From the NCBI GenBank assembly GCA_008632985.1, contig QPGO01000055.1:225100-289099 (forward strand): a DNA stretch of 64,000 nt, given 5' to 3'. Position numbers and translations under genes: made by a program. This stretch comes from Psammoneis japonica. Taxonomy: Eukaryota. Below the pieces are notes generated by a model. That model did no database searches and was not told the origin of the DNA. It was given only the letters and a program-made list of their open reading frames with translations. This document shows positions 1 to 11,620 of this stretch, piece by piece (position 1 is the first letter of the stretch; every line of letters begins with the position of its first letter).

Positions 1-470
1 GTGTGCCCCATCTCTTGAAAGTGACCCAGCACAGGGTGTTGATGCCGCGCTCCTCCCAGCTGAGGATGGCATGTCTCACCTGTTTTGAGTGTCTCAGTGG
101 CTTGATTTTTCTTGATGGAACTGAAACATGTGAAAAATTTATTGGGAATTTTTTGTCAAAATGACTGCCAGAAAGAGCGCAGGTCACACAGGTTGGCAAG
201 TGGCCCCAGCATTGTGCCGCACTTTGTCACGCAAGGCCACGACAGCTTGCGCAGCTTCGTGGTTGCCAAAATCGGCCATTCCCAGCTGGCCTTCAAGCTG
301 GTTCCTGCTCCCAATGCAAGTCACCAGCAACTGTGCCATGCAATTGTGAACTGATTGACAACACACAGGGCTTTGATCATGCAAGTGCGGTTGAAAGATG
401 ATGGATGCAGGCAAGAGTGGGGGGGACCTGCCGCTATGACCGCCTGTGACCGTTGTGACTGGAGATTTGA
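1..470. repeat. TpA-depleted degenerate sequence (end of an unidentified repeat, truncated by window edge)
   Basis: Very few TA dinucleotides, excess TG/CA, overlapping C/H/Q-rich spurious ORFs; normal TA content resumes after ~470. Confidence 0.5.
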
Positions 471-990
471 TCGTACTGCACTGTATGTACATTGGACAAC
501 AAATTTTTCTTGTTTCCTTCGAAGCAAAAAAATTACTAACTGTATGTACCCCCTGCTACAACTAGAGCTGGCATTGTCTGAAGACTGTTGCATGTTTGAA
601 AAATTATTATTTGTATATTCATACTCTAATAAGTTCATAGTCTTGAGTCATTTTATTGCTTTTGTCGTGATAAATACGGCTTAAATGTTGCAGTCATCGA
701 GCTTTTACGGGACTATGGGGACACACCGAATGATTTTAGCCAGTGGCTAAAAACCGCCTGTAGAATTCTACACGTGTATCCTGGTATGCTAAAAATTTAA
801 GCTTAACGTCTTTTAACGTCACTCCATAGTTTCTGTTATATACATATACAATGCATACCCTTTATATAAACAAACATTGAATAACTACAGCTAGTATGAC
901 AGTCATTCGATGCTGTTCCCGCGCTAATTTTCCCGCGCTTCGAACCAAAGATGCCGCCGCCGGTGTTATCATCTCACACCGACCGAAGCT

Positions 991-3900
991 TTGCAGAGCG
1001 ACGCTTTCAATATGCCAACACTGGCTGCCTTACCTACAACAATGAATATGAACAGACAACACGCTGCGGCTAGTGGTGCATCCACAAGGGCACAAACCAA
1101 CGAATCTGGTTCCTGTGACAACGACGCGCAACGTCGACTCGACAACGCCACTCAACTAGCGCAGGTATTTCCACCGCCAAGTTTCCACCATATGCAATAT
1201 CAACACCTACAACACCCTACACATCCACCAACGTATCCAAATTCTTTCACCGGGCCCAACGATCCGCATCGAGATGCAAATTCCGGCGCAACTCACCCAG
1301 CTCACGCATTTCCACCGCCAACACGCAACTATGCTCAAGTACAGCAGGTAACACCCGCAACCCTTCCATCGAAGCATTCGTTTACAGAATCATCACCATA
1401 CTCAGCCTTGATAAACAGCAAGCCACCTCTACCGAAAAAACGAGCTCGTCGGACAAAGGTCAAAATGCCGATTCCGGGGTCTGTGCCGCATCGACATCCA
1501 CGGACAGTTGGCCCCCAAATGGTGCGGACTCCACCGCCGCATATAATGATTCAACCACCCAATCATGCCACTGCTACATCAACACCCGATAAGGCGGTGC
1601 CACGAAGACAAGCTCGTCAAACCAAATTCAAAAAGCAAATTCCGCATCGACCTAAACAGAAAGCGCTAACCCCAACTCCTCCAGCAAAGTCTCAAGAAGC
1701 TGTGCTTGTCACAACAGAGAATGAAGCCTCCGTCGCCACTACACCTGCCGCATCACATGCCAGTGACACCGCTCCGCAACGGGAGAATGATACGTCCAAA
1801 TCCGAATCAACTCCAATGGTAGAATGTGGACATGCCAGTGTATCCATGGGTTCAACTGAGGAGGAGAGCCCCCAAGAGGAAAAACGAGCGGACTCAAATG
1901 TCATCCGTGGAGCGTACAACGGAAAACTGTCTCCTCAAGAGAAACGGAATCACCTTTATTGGTTGTACTCTCGAGAGGAAAACGTCACCATTCGTGCATA
2001 CTGTGCTCAACATTGCATCGAGAGCCAACGAATGACGCTGAGCAATCTGTACAATAGAATTGGTCTGGAAGAGTTGAGAGAAAGAGGAGAACTGAAGCAA
2101 GCAGTGGCAGATAGAATCAATGCTGCCGTTCCATTAGAGGGCACCGCAAAGGAGAGTGGCGGACGGGGTATAGGAAACTCTCATCTGACGCACATGGAGC
2201 AATACTACATCTCTTACCTTGTGTCTATTCTTGGAATCACCGGCAACGGTATCGACAAGCCCTACATCGAAATGCTGGTGAATTCTGTCCTTTCGTTTAG
2301 GATGGATCAAGAAGACATTAGGCCTGTTGACGACCGAGTCATCGATAGGCTCTTAAAAAGAAATCAAATGCAGCTCGCGAATGCAAATTCATTGGACCCC
2401 AAGAGAGCGGAGGCTGCGAAGCTCGAAATCCAGGAAACGTTCTTCAAAGACCTTGACAATTTCTGTTTCATGTTGCATGAAGTATTCGGAGAGGAAATAT
2501 GGCCGTGGAAGCACTTCAAGGATGTACCGGCAGGCAACAAATCTTGCTCGGATGAGATGGCAACAAATACACTTGGCCACAGACGAAAAATCGGCATCCC
2601 TACGAGCTTCCTAGAGTTGAATCCTATGCTGTTTCAGAACACCCCAGAAGGCGATAAGAAGATGAACAGACAGATAACTTTGTGCATAGACACACAGGCT
2701 AATGGTGAGAATAAAAGTGAATGTGTAGAGCAGTCTATTGATCGTGGCAACAACTTACCCCGCCTTTGCTAATGTTGACATAGGCCTCTACCATGTACGA
2801 AAGTGAAAGAAACCCTTACAATATCCTTGTGCGCACGACTTATAGTGGAAGCCAGACTATCGACACATGGTATGATCGATGCATTCACAAATGCAATAGT
2901 CTCCCAAGTTATTGCGGTCCCAACGGTCAACCAATGATTGATTTCTGGGACGCGCATGCTTCTCGATGGAACGCGAAAGCGATACTGCATTGCCTGAAAA
3001 ACCGTGTGTTCCCTTTCCTGTCGCCAAGTCATTCAAGTATCTGGGCACAGAGCAACGACAACGGTGCTAACTACCGCATGTGCCTGTGCCTTGAGAGAGC
3101 ATCCCGTGAGGCTCGAGTGCTACAGAAGGATGCTCCCATACCGTATCTGAATGGTATCATTCTCCAAGCATGGATCTACTACCTTGCATGGGAATGGAAG
3201 GATTTGCTGATATATGGTAAAAATGCAGCATCGCAAGGCTTCTTCATCGTCGGTCTAGATCCATTCGACTATAACTGCCCCGGGTGGACTCAGGCAATTC
3301 AGCAAATGGGGCAAATCAATGAGCTTGAGAAGCAAGAAAAGAAAAGCAAATATGGGGACAAGCCCCGGGTTTATTGGACGGTGCGATGCTTACCTGAAGA
3401 TCGCCGACCGGAGCTCTCGGATGATGAGAGGGAGATTCTGCGAGACAACAAGGAGTGGCGGAACAGCCCACTCATGCATGACTTGTTTATTGCAAACAGT
3501 GTGATGAAGGCTCTGCTTGACAGATGGATCCAGGCCAAGGTATATTCTTCCGATGCTGATGTTGCATTGGATGCGCAATCTGACCGGCCCATTCCTACGA
3601 CGGATGCTGAGAGGGTAGCGATGAAGCTAATGGAGTTCGTGCCCGCCAGTGAACGAGCTCCGACCAACCCTTCCAAGACTCCCGAGCAACGGCTACAGGA
3701 ATTCAATGACAGGGTTGTAGGAAACACTCCAGCAGGGCAGGCTATTGTTGTATCAGAGACAGGTAAAGAGAATTGGAGATCCGCGACTCGCGATACCAAA
3801 GATGGGGCCCTATGGTGGGTTGCTTCGTGGACGGGAGGGCAACCTTTTCCAGTCCACACGAATACGCTTCGTGATCCAAATCAATGGCGGATGAAGAATC

Positions 3901-4829
3901 CCGAGTTGGCCATCAACTCTGCCGAGGCCAAGCGTAAAGCCCAGAAATCCAAGCGAAAAAGAAAAGCCGTTTCTCAGATCATGCAAGAGAAGGCACAGCG
4001 GGCAGCAAGCATGCAACGAAAAGAAGAAATCAAGACAAGGTTTGAGAAGATGATGGATGATATACGTCGCAATGGTGTGGATTCCTATACTTACGAGGAT
4101 TTTGAGCGAGATGTCCAGACGCCAATTGAAGCACCCTTTAAGACGACGATAAAAGACGTTGAAGTTGATGAGTTTGTTGATGACGTTGACGTTGTTATTA
4201 CCGGAGCCAACGGAGCTGCAATGGAAACTATGGCACTCGATCGACTTACAGATACATTGATTAAAAAGAAGAAGAGCAGTGCAACGCGAGGAGTCAACAA
4301 GAAAGCTCGAAAAGCGCTGAAGAACGCAGATACTTCCCGCGGAAGTGACGGCGTGTATCAGTTTGACACTCTGATGAACTACATGGCGAATGAGGAAGAT
4401 GAGACGAAGGCAGATGAAAGGAATAAGTTGAAGAATACAATCAAGAAGCTGACAAAAACAATCAAAGACGCTACAGAATTTCGTACCAAAAACGCCAGCA
4501 ACTACTGGGACTTGGCGTCGATGAAAAATCCGGGTCTCACAGTTGTTCTTCGTCTATTTTTCCCTGACTCCGGCAAGCTTTCAGCCACTGTTGACGCTAA
4601 GAAACAATATTTGCAAGAGAGAGAACTTGCAGAACTGACGCAAACAATGTTTGATGGTAGGGTGGAAGCCGCTGAATTAGACTTGAAGAGGGCAGAGGAA
4701 AAATTGCTGCTGCTGGAGAAGGAGGCTGAGTCGGATGAAGGTGACGACTTGGGCGAGCCGGATGAGTCTGATCAAGCCTTTCTCGAAGCCAGCGGCGCCT
4801 CTGCATTGTTAGAAGAGACAGTAGAGTAA
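991..4829 (+). CDS. pogo-like DD35D transposase (DDE_1 family), long N- and C-terminal extensions; probably frameshifted or deleted near the intron
   Basis: Motifs SDEM ... ITLCIDTQANG ... SGSQT ... FWDAHASR ... PSHSSIWAQSNDNG; 35 residues between 2nd and 3rd Asp. Putative intron 2705-2783 (GTGAGA...GCTAAT...TAG), but the spliced frame is one base off ORF 2793-4829. Confidence 0.75.
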
Positions 4830-5049
4830 GCAGTATCATTTACATAGAATCACAACACACAGGTCCATTCCTATCTCACGTAGGGCTTACCGTTTTCTCT
4901 CCCTTGTTTTAAGCCTCGTATCAAAAAGCTACAGCGCCCTGACAGTGCCTTGTTATTACCGTCCAATAGATGCCATGGCCGAAGCAGAGCCTAGAGTGGT
5001 TATCATTCCCGTGTTATGAACCATATGTGGCGACCGTTGTGTACTATGC

Positions 5050-5845
5050 TTGCCAAACCCGGAATGGCAAGAACCTCGTCAGTTTCATAGTTCAAGGCAT
5101 CACAGTTTTGGCAATCTTTCTAACAATAATTCAAGAGATAGTTTCCCGGAGACAAATTGGTTGTTATTCTCGTATCCAGGGATGCATTGTACTCTGCCAT
5201 TGTCATGTGTTCTATTTCTTTTTTGCGTCAGATCTGACCATTTCTGGCATGACAAGCTGAGTCACAATTTGCTTCAACTGCGTTTCCGTCTCAAGAGTTC
5301 TCGTCGGTCAATTCAAAGAGCGAGTGACCAAGCTCATGTACCAATGCTAGAGGGGTGGCAGAACGCATTGTTGCAGTAGCAATATATGCACTACTGTAAC
5401 AGCCGTGCCTCCGTACTGCCTACGCCTTGAGTTATGAATGATGACAGTTTGAAGATTGGATTTGACTTGGAAGCAGCTTGCTCCTTGCTTCCCAACTCGT
5501 AGGCTTGTTTTACGCCTCAGCGCAAGCGTCGATCGAATCTCTGACACCCCATTTCACAAAACGAGATATTGAGGTTTATTGGATCCATCATGAAGACGTT
5601 GAGTGCATCGATATCTTCTGCAAACAGGTTGCAGTTCTGCATAAATTTTTATGTCCTTCTGACCTGGTCCTCCCAAATGTCGCGACCAATCCAATCAAAG
5701 CCAGGCGCGACAAACACAGTATTGATTTTATACTTGTGGCATGGATTCCCAATTTTTTGTGTTATTGGTTAGCAATCTGGCGATGACATACAAACGCCAC
5801 TCCGACGACAAGTAGACAACCAGAGGTTAGAGGTGATGATGCCAT
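5050..5845 (-). pseudogene. Peptidase M64 (IgA peptidase)-like zinc metallopeptidase pseudogene inside the transposon
   Basis: Minus-strand translation gives YKINTVFVAPGFD...RRT*KFMQNCNLFAEDIDALNVF and LALVHELGHSLFELTDE (HExxH, ~5300-5350), then NCD/CQKWSDL; stop and frameshifts present. Confidence 0.6.
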
Positions 5846-5954
5846 TGCACTTCTCCGTTGAGTAGTTCAGAGCGTCATCTGACATCGGACCGCGTGATCT
5901 GAAGTTTTATGATGACGACCAAGGAGCACCTTAATCATTGCGGCCATGCGTTTC

Positions 5955-8900
5955 GGCAATTTTTTCATGTTCGTGGCCGGTTAAAGGAAAAGAGAAAAAA
6001 AGAGGGGAATCAACCGTTGAACACACACACACAATTGACCATGCAACCATGGCCAGAGTTGCACTGGCTTCTTTTGATCCAGGGTGGTTGCTGCAGGTGC
6101 AAAGAGTGGGGCACATTGCAGTTGCAGGAGGGTGACAATGTGGCACTGAGTGTGTGCCACCAGGCTGAGCAGCCCAGCTTGGGTGTCAGCCAAGCCCTGC
6201 CAGGCCAGCTGCCCTGGCTCCAGCTGCTCTTCCCAGTGTACGTGAGTTGTTGAAGGAGCACCACATTGACTCAAAGGCTGTGTTTTAAGTGGGGCAGAGA
6301 GAAAAAAACTGTTGTCTTGGCTGGTGCTTGCTTCAGACCCTGCATCATGAGCGCAAGCTCCTCTTGAGAAATGAGCAAGAAAACAGCCATTTTTGGCGCC
6401 TCTCTTTGGTTGCCCACTTGGCATTGCCAACAAATCTTGAACCAAACTTCACTCACAGTTTCTTCACTCTTCAACCACAAAACCAGGTTCAACTTTTTGT
6501 TGGCTTCTTTGTGGCTGGGGTCGCTGTTGCAGGCACAAATGGTGGGCACATGCCATGCGGCTGCTTGGCAACAAGAGAATGTGATGCCAAGCATGTGCTG
6601 CACACCAAGGAGCCAAGCAGCCCAGCTTAGCTTTGAATGGAGCCCCAGGACAGCAGCCAACTCTGGGTGATCTCAGCATGGTGTGCTTGTTTGGGCTGTG
6701 CTGCACTCACCCCACAGTGCTCTGTGTTGTGGTGGCTTGTTGTGCAAGCCGTGTGGGTGAGGAGCCAGCAGCCAGCCAGGGCCCATCTTGCAAAGGCCAC
6801 ACATGTTGACCCTGTGCAAAGCTGTGTGAGGGGGCAGGCACAGGGATTTGCAATGATGGCTTCACAGCCGTTGGCCCCAAGCTGGCATTTGATTGGGAGC
6901 CAGTGCTGAGGGGCTGTGAAGTGTGGGGTTGGGAGCCCAGCCAGCTCGCACTCTCTTTGTTGTCACAAAGTGCTGCCACAGCTGTCTTTGCATTGCAACC
7001 AGCCAGGTGCGGTTGACCCCAAGTTGGCACTTGATTTGGGGTGACTGCCAAGGAGCTGTGAAGTGTGGGGTTGGGCAGTCCAGCCAGCTCACACTCTTTG
7101 CTGACAGCAGAAAGCGCTGTCGCAGCTGTCCTTGCGCACACATGGCCAGAGCAGCCTTGGCACATCCTGCTGACAAAACTGACAAAGAAAGCGACTCTTG
7201 TGGTTGAGCCACTCAGCACACAGGAGATCTGGGCACACTCCTGGGAAGTCAAACAGGAAGGAGGGCTCAGCATTGCCGCCAGTGCCAGGCACAAATGTCA
7301 GCTTGTCTTGAGAGAGATTCGAGCCCACACAGCCCCGCGCTGGGCATCTTTGCTGGCAAAATGGAAAGCATTCTTGAGCACATTCTGGCGTGTGGGCAGC
7401 ACTGTCACCAAGAGGGCTGCTCTGCAGAGGAAGAGGGAAACAGGCAACAACATTTTGCAAGAACTGTTTTGTGTCAATGGTCGGGTGGGATGTGGCAGCA
7501 TCTGGACTTTGACGGAGCATTTGGCGGACAAAGCTTGGCACAGAGAGTTGTCCACTCAAGCTCCACAAGTGGCACTTTCCAAAGGTGACACCACACATGG
7601 GCCATGTGTTCATGCATCAACATGCCTCAAGCTGCAAGTCACATAAAAAAACCACCACCGACCTTTCAACCAACCACCATCATGGACAGAACAGGTCAAG
7701 AGGTTCAAAACAAGAGCAATCAATTGACTCTCTTCTGGTTCCATGCATTCAAGAGCTTCTTGTCCTTCTCAAATGTTTGTTGTGCATTGTTGTCTCTTTT
7801 AATTCAAGTGCAAAGAGGAGTCACTTTTCTTGTTTCCATCTCTTGAGATGTTGTTGGTTGTTGAGTGATGCAATTTTTGTTGTCACATTTTTGGAAATGT
7901 TGGCAAACCCGATCACTGCTTGATTGTCAACCCATGTACTGTTTTAAGTCTCCATGGCATAAAATGCCATAATTCCAGAGCCCTCAATTGTTTCATCAAA
8001 CGCAGTGCTTTGAAACACGTCCAACATCAACTCGACTCAGTTGAAATCCCAGTTTGTGGGCGATGAAAAATCACGAATGTCAAACAAATGGCTACTTTCG
8101 ACATCAAGATCCCCGAGTTCAATCCAAATGTGACGGTACGCCTCACAGCTTATGGCCATGACACATACAAGCATGCCTCATTGTTGTCATCGCGTCGAGT
8201 GCTCGTATCGAAAATGCCGATAGATCAAAGTTCAGGAAAAGGATGGAATACAAATTCATTTGTGTATTCATTAGTGGCATTGGCGTAATGACATTTACGG
8301 CAGAAGCAATCTAAAATCCTTGTTCATCATTGACATTTCTGTATTGCTCAGATTTTGAAATCTGACCACTACCGTTAAGCATTTAGCTGTCTTTGTATGG
8401 AAGTGGAAATGACACTTAAGTATTTACACTAACCATTTAGCTTTCTTTGTGTCGAAGTGGAAATGACACTTAACGATTTACACTAACCATTTAGCTTACT
8501 TTGGCTCGAAGTCAGACAAAGAGATTGGGCTATGGGCTTATCGTTAACCAGCCACGAGCATGAAATCTTTACCTGCGTTGGCAATTTTTTCATGTTCGTG
8601 GCCGGTTAAAGGAAAAGAGAAAAAAAGAGGGGAATCAACCGTTGAACACACACACACAATTGACCATGCAACCATGGCCAGAGTTGCACTGGCTTCTTTT
8701 GATCCAGGGTGGTTGCTGCAGGTGCAAAGAGTGGGGCACATTGCAGTTGCAGGAGGGTGACAATGTGGCACTGAGTGTGTGCCACCAGGCTGAGCAGCCC
8801 AGCTTGGGTGTCAGCCAAGCCCTGCCAGGCCAGCTGCCCTGGCTCCAGCTGCTCTTCCCAGTGTACGTGAGTTGTTGAAGGAGCACCACATTGACTCAAA

Positions 8901-11205
8901 GGCTGTGTTTTAAGTGGGGCAGAGAGAAAAAAACTGTTGTCTTGGCTGGTGCTTGCTTCAGACCCTGCATCATGAGCGCAAGCTCCTCTTGAGAAATGAG
9001 CAAGAAAACAGCCATTTTTGGCGCCTCTCTTTGGTTGCCCACTTGGCATTGCCAACAAATCTTGAACCAAACTTCACTCACAGTTTCTTCACTCTTCAAC
9101 CACAAAACCAGGTTCAACTTTTTGTTGGCTTCTTTGTGGCTGGGGTCGCTGTTGCAGGCACAAATGGTGGGCACATGCCATGCGGCTGCTTGGCAACAAG
9201 AGAATGTGATGCCAAGCATGTGCTGCACACCAAGGAGCCAAGCAGCCCAGCTTAGCTTTGAATGGAGCCCCAGGACAGCAGCCAACTCTGGGTGATCTCA
9301 GCATGGTGTGCTTGTTTGGGCTGTGCTGCACTCACCCCACAGTGCTCTGTGTTGTGGTGGCTTGTTGTGCAAGCCGTGTGGGTGAGGAGCCAGCAGCCAG
9401 CCAGGGCCCATCTTGCAAAGGCCACACATGTTGACCCTGTGCAAAGCTGTGTGAGGGGGCAGGCACAGGGATTTGCAATGATGGCTTCACAGCCGTTGGC
9501 CCCAAGCTGGCATTTGATTGGGAGCCAGTGCTGAGGGGCTGTGAAGTGTGGGGTTGGGAGCCCAGCCAGCTCGCACTCTCTTTGTTGTCACAAAGTGCTG
9601 CCACAGCTGTCTTTGCATTGCAACCAGCCAGGTGCGGTTGACCCCAAGTTGGCACTTGATTTGGGGTGACTGCCAAGGAGCTGTGAAGTGTGGGGTTGGG
9701 CAGTCCAGCCAGCTCACACTCTTTGCTGACAGCAGAAAGCGCTGTCGCAGCTGTCCTTGCGCACACATGGCCAGAGCAGCCTTGGCACATCCTGCTGACA
9801 AAACTGACAAAGAAAGCGACTCTTGTGGTTGAGCCACTCAGCACACAGGAGATCTGGGCACACTCCTGGGAAGTCAAACAGGAAGGAGGGCTCAGCATTG
9901 CCGCCAGTGCCAGGCACAAATGTCAGCTTGTCTTGAGAGAGATTCGAGCCCACACAGCCCCGCGTTGGGCATCTTTGCTGGCAAAATGGAAAGCATTCTT
10001 GAGCACATTCTGGCATGTGGGCAGCACTGTCACCAAGAGGGCTGCTCTGCAGAGGAAGAGGGAAACAGGCAACAACATTTTGCAAGAACTGTTTTGTGTC
10101 AATGGTCGGGTGGGATGTGGCAGCATCTGGACTTTGATGGAGCATTTGGCGGACAAAGCTTGAGCACAGAGAGTTGTCCACTCAAGCTCCACAAGTGGCA
10201 CTTTCCAAAGGTGACACCACACATGGGCCATGTGTTCATGCATCAACATGCCTCAAGCTGCAAGTCACACAAAAAAACCACCACCAACCTTTCAGCCAAC
10301 CACCATCATGGACAGAACAGGTCAAGAGGTTCAAAACAAGAGCGATTCATTGACTCTCTTCTGGTTCCATGCATTCAAGAGCTTCTTGTCCTTCTCAAAT
10401 GTTTGTTGTGCATTGTTGTCTCTTTTAATTCAAGTGCAAAGAGGAGTCACTTTTCTTGTTTCCATCTCTTGAGATGTTGTTGGTTGTTGAGTGATGCAAT
10501 TTTTGTTGTCACATTTTTGGAAATGTTGGCAAACCCGATCACTGCTTGATTGTCAACCCATGTACTGTTTTAAGTCTCCATGGCATAAAATGCCATAATT
10601 CCAGAGCCCTCAATTGTTTCATCAAACGCAGTGCTTTGAAACACGTCCAACATCAACTCGACTCAGTTGAAATCCCAGTTTGTGGGCGATGAAAAATCAC
10701 GAATGTCAAACAAATGGCTACTTTCGACATCAAGATCCCCGAGTTCAATCCAAATGTGACGGTACGCCTCACAGCTTATGGCCATGACACATACAAGCAT
10801 GCCTCATTGTTGTCATCGCGTCGAGTGCTCGTATCGAAAATGCCGATAGATCAAAGTTCAGGAAAAGGATGGAATACAAATTCATTTGTGTATTCATTAG
10901 TGGCATTGGCCTAATGACATTTACGGCAGAAGCAATCTAAATTCCTTGTTCATCATTGACATTTCTGTATTGCTCAGATTTTGAAATCTGACCACTACCG
11001 TTAAGCATTTAGCTGTCTTTGTATGGAAGTGGAAATGACACTTAAGTATTTACACTAACCATTTAGCTTTCTTTGTGTCGAAGTGGAAATGACACTTAAC
11101 GATTTACACTAACCATTTAGCTTACTTTGGCTCGAAGTCAGACAAAGAGATTGGGCTATGGGCTTATCGTTAACCAGCCACGAGCATGAAATCTTTACCT
11201 GCGTT
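5955..11205. repeat. Near-perfect direct tandem duplication, unit ~2625 bp (5955-8579; 8580-11205)
   Basis: Identical ORF sets offset by 2625; only about ten differences seen; TGCGTTTC at both outer ends, TGCGTT at the junction. Confidence 0.95.
8380..8512. repeat. 54-bp minisatellite, ~2.5 copies (second instance 11006-11138)
   Basis: Unit CATTTAGCTNTCTTTGTNTNGAAGTGGAAATGACACTTAANNATTTACACTAAC. Confidence 0.85.
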
Positions 11206-11620
11206 TCTGTATTCTACTATGGATAGAGGCTACGACCACTTATTTTGGCTTCATCATTCACCATTCGTGCTGTTCCTCATTCATGTGCTTCGTTTGCGTA
11301 TTTACTTCTAAAAGCTGGAGGTTTAATTTTAAAAAAACGTTATATTTAGAAACAAACCGTTACAGATATGACATTTCTGGCATCAATAAAATGGATAGTA
11401 AATATTTTCTCTGTAGAAAATATACCGGCGTAGGAATTTGGTATGTGTCTACACAAGATTTTAGCCACTGGCTAAAATCATTCGGTATGTCCCCCATACC
11501 AAGATTTATGCCTTTTCTCATGCAAGTCTTTTGGTTAAAGACCGCCGCAACTTTGTGTGAGCGACTCCGGCCGTGGGGCACACAATTATCGTTACATAGA
11601 TGGCGGAAGTGAAAGCCACG

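Larger units (their letters stand above)
716..11496 (+). mobile_element. Large pogo/Fot1-like (Tc1-mariner superfamily) DNA transposon with ~37-bp TIRs and TA target duplication
   Basis: Left TA|TGGGGACACACCGAATGATTTTAGCCAGTGGCTAAAA (716-752) is the near reverse complement of right TTTTAGCCACTGGCTAAAATCATTCGGTATGTCCCCCA|TA (11459-11496); encloses a DDE_1-type transposase. Confidence 0.8.

Noticed and set aside
8380..8512. CRISPR-like array
   Set aside because: Contiguous 54-bp tandem units without unique spacers, eukaryotic context, no cas genes.
5909..10549. Many overlapping Cys/His/Gln-rich ORFs in all six frames (also 14-17 kb, 26-31 kb, 36-37 kb, 46-48 kb)
   Set aside because: Artefacts of TA loss: TAA/TAG stops are erased and TG/CA-rich codons inflated; not metal-binding proteins.
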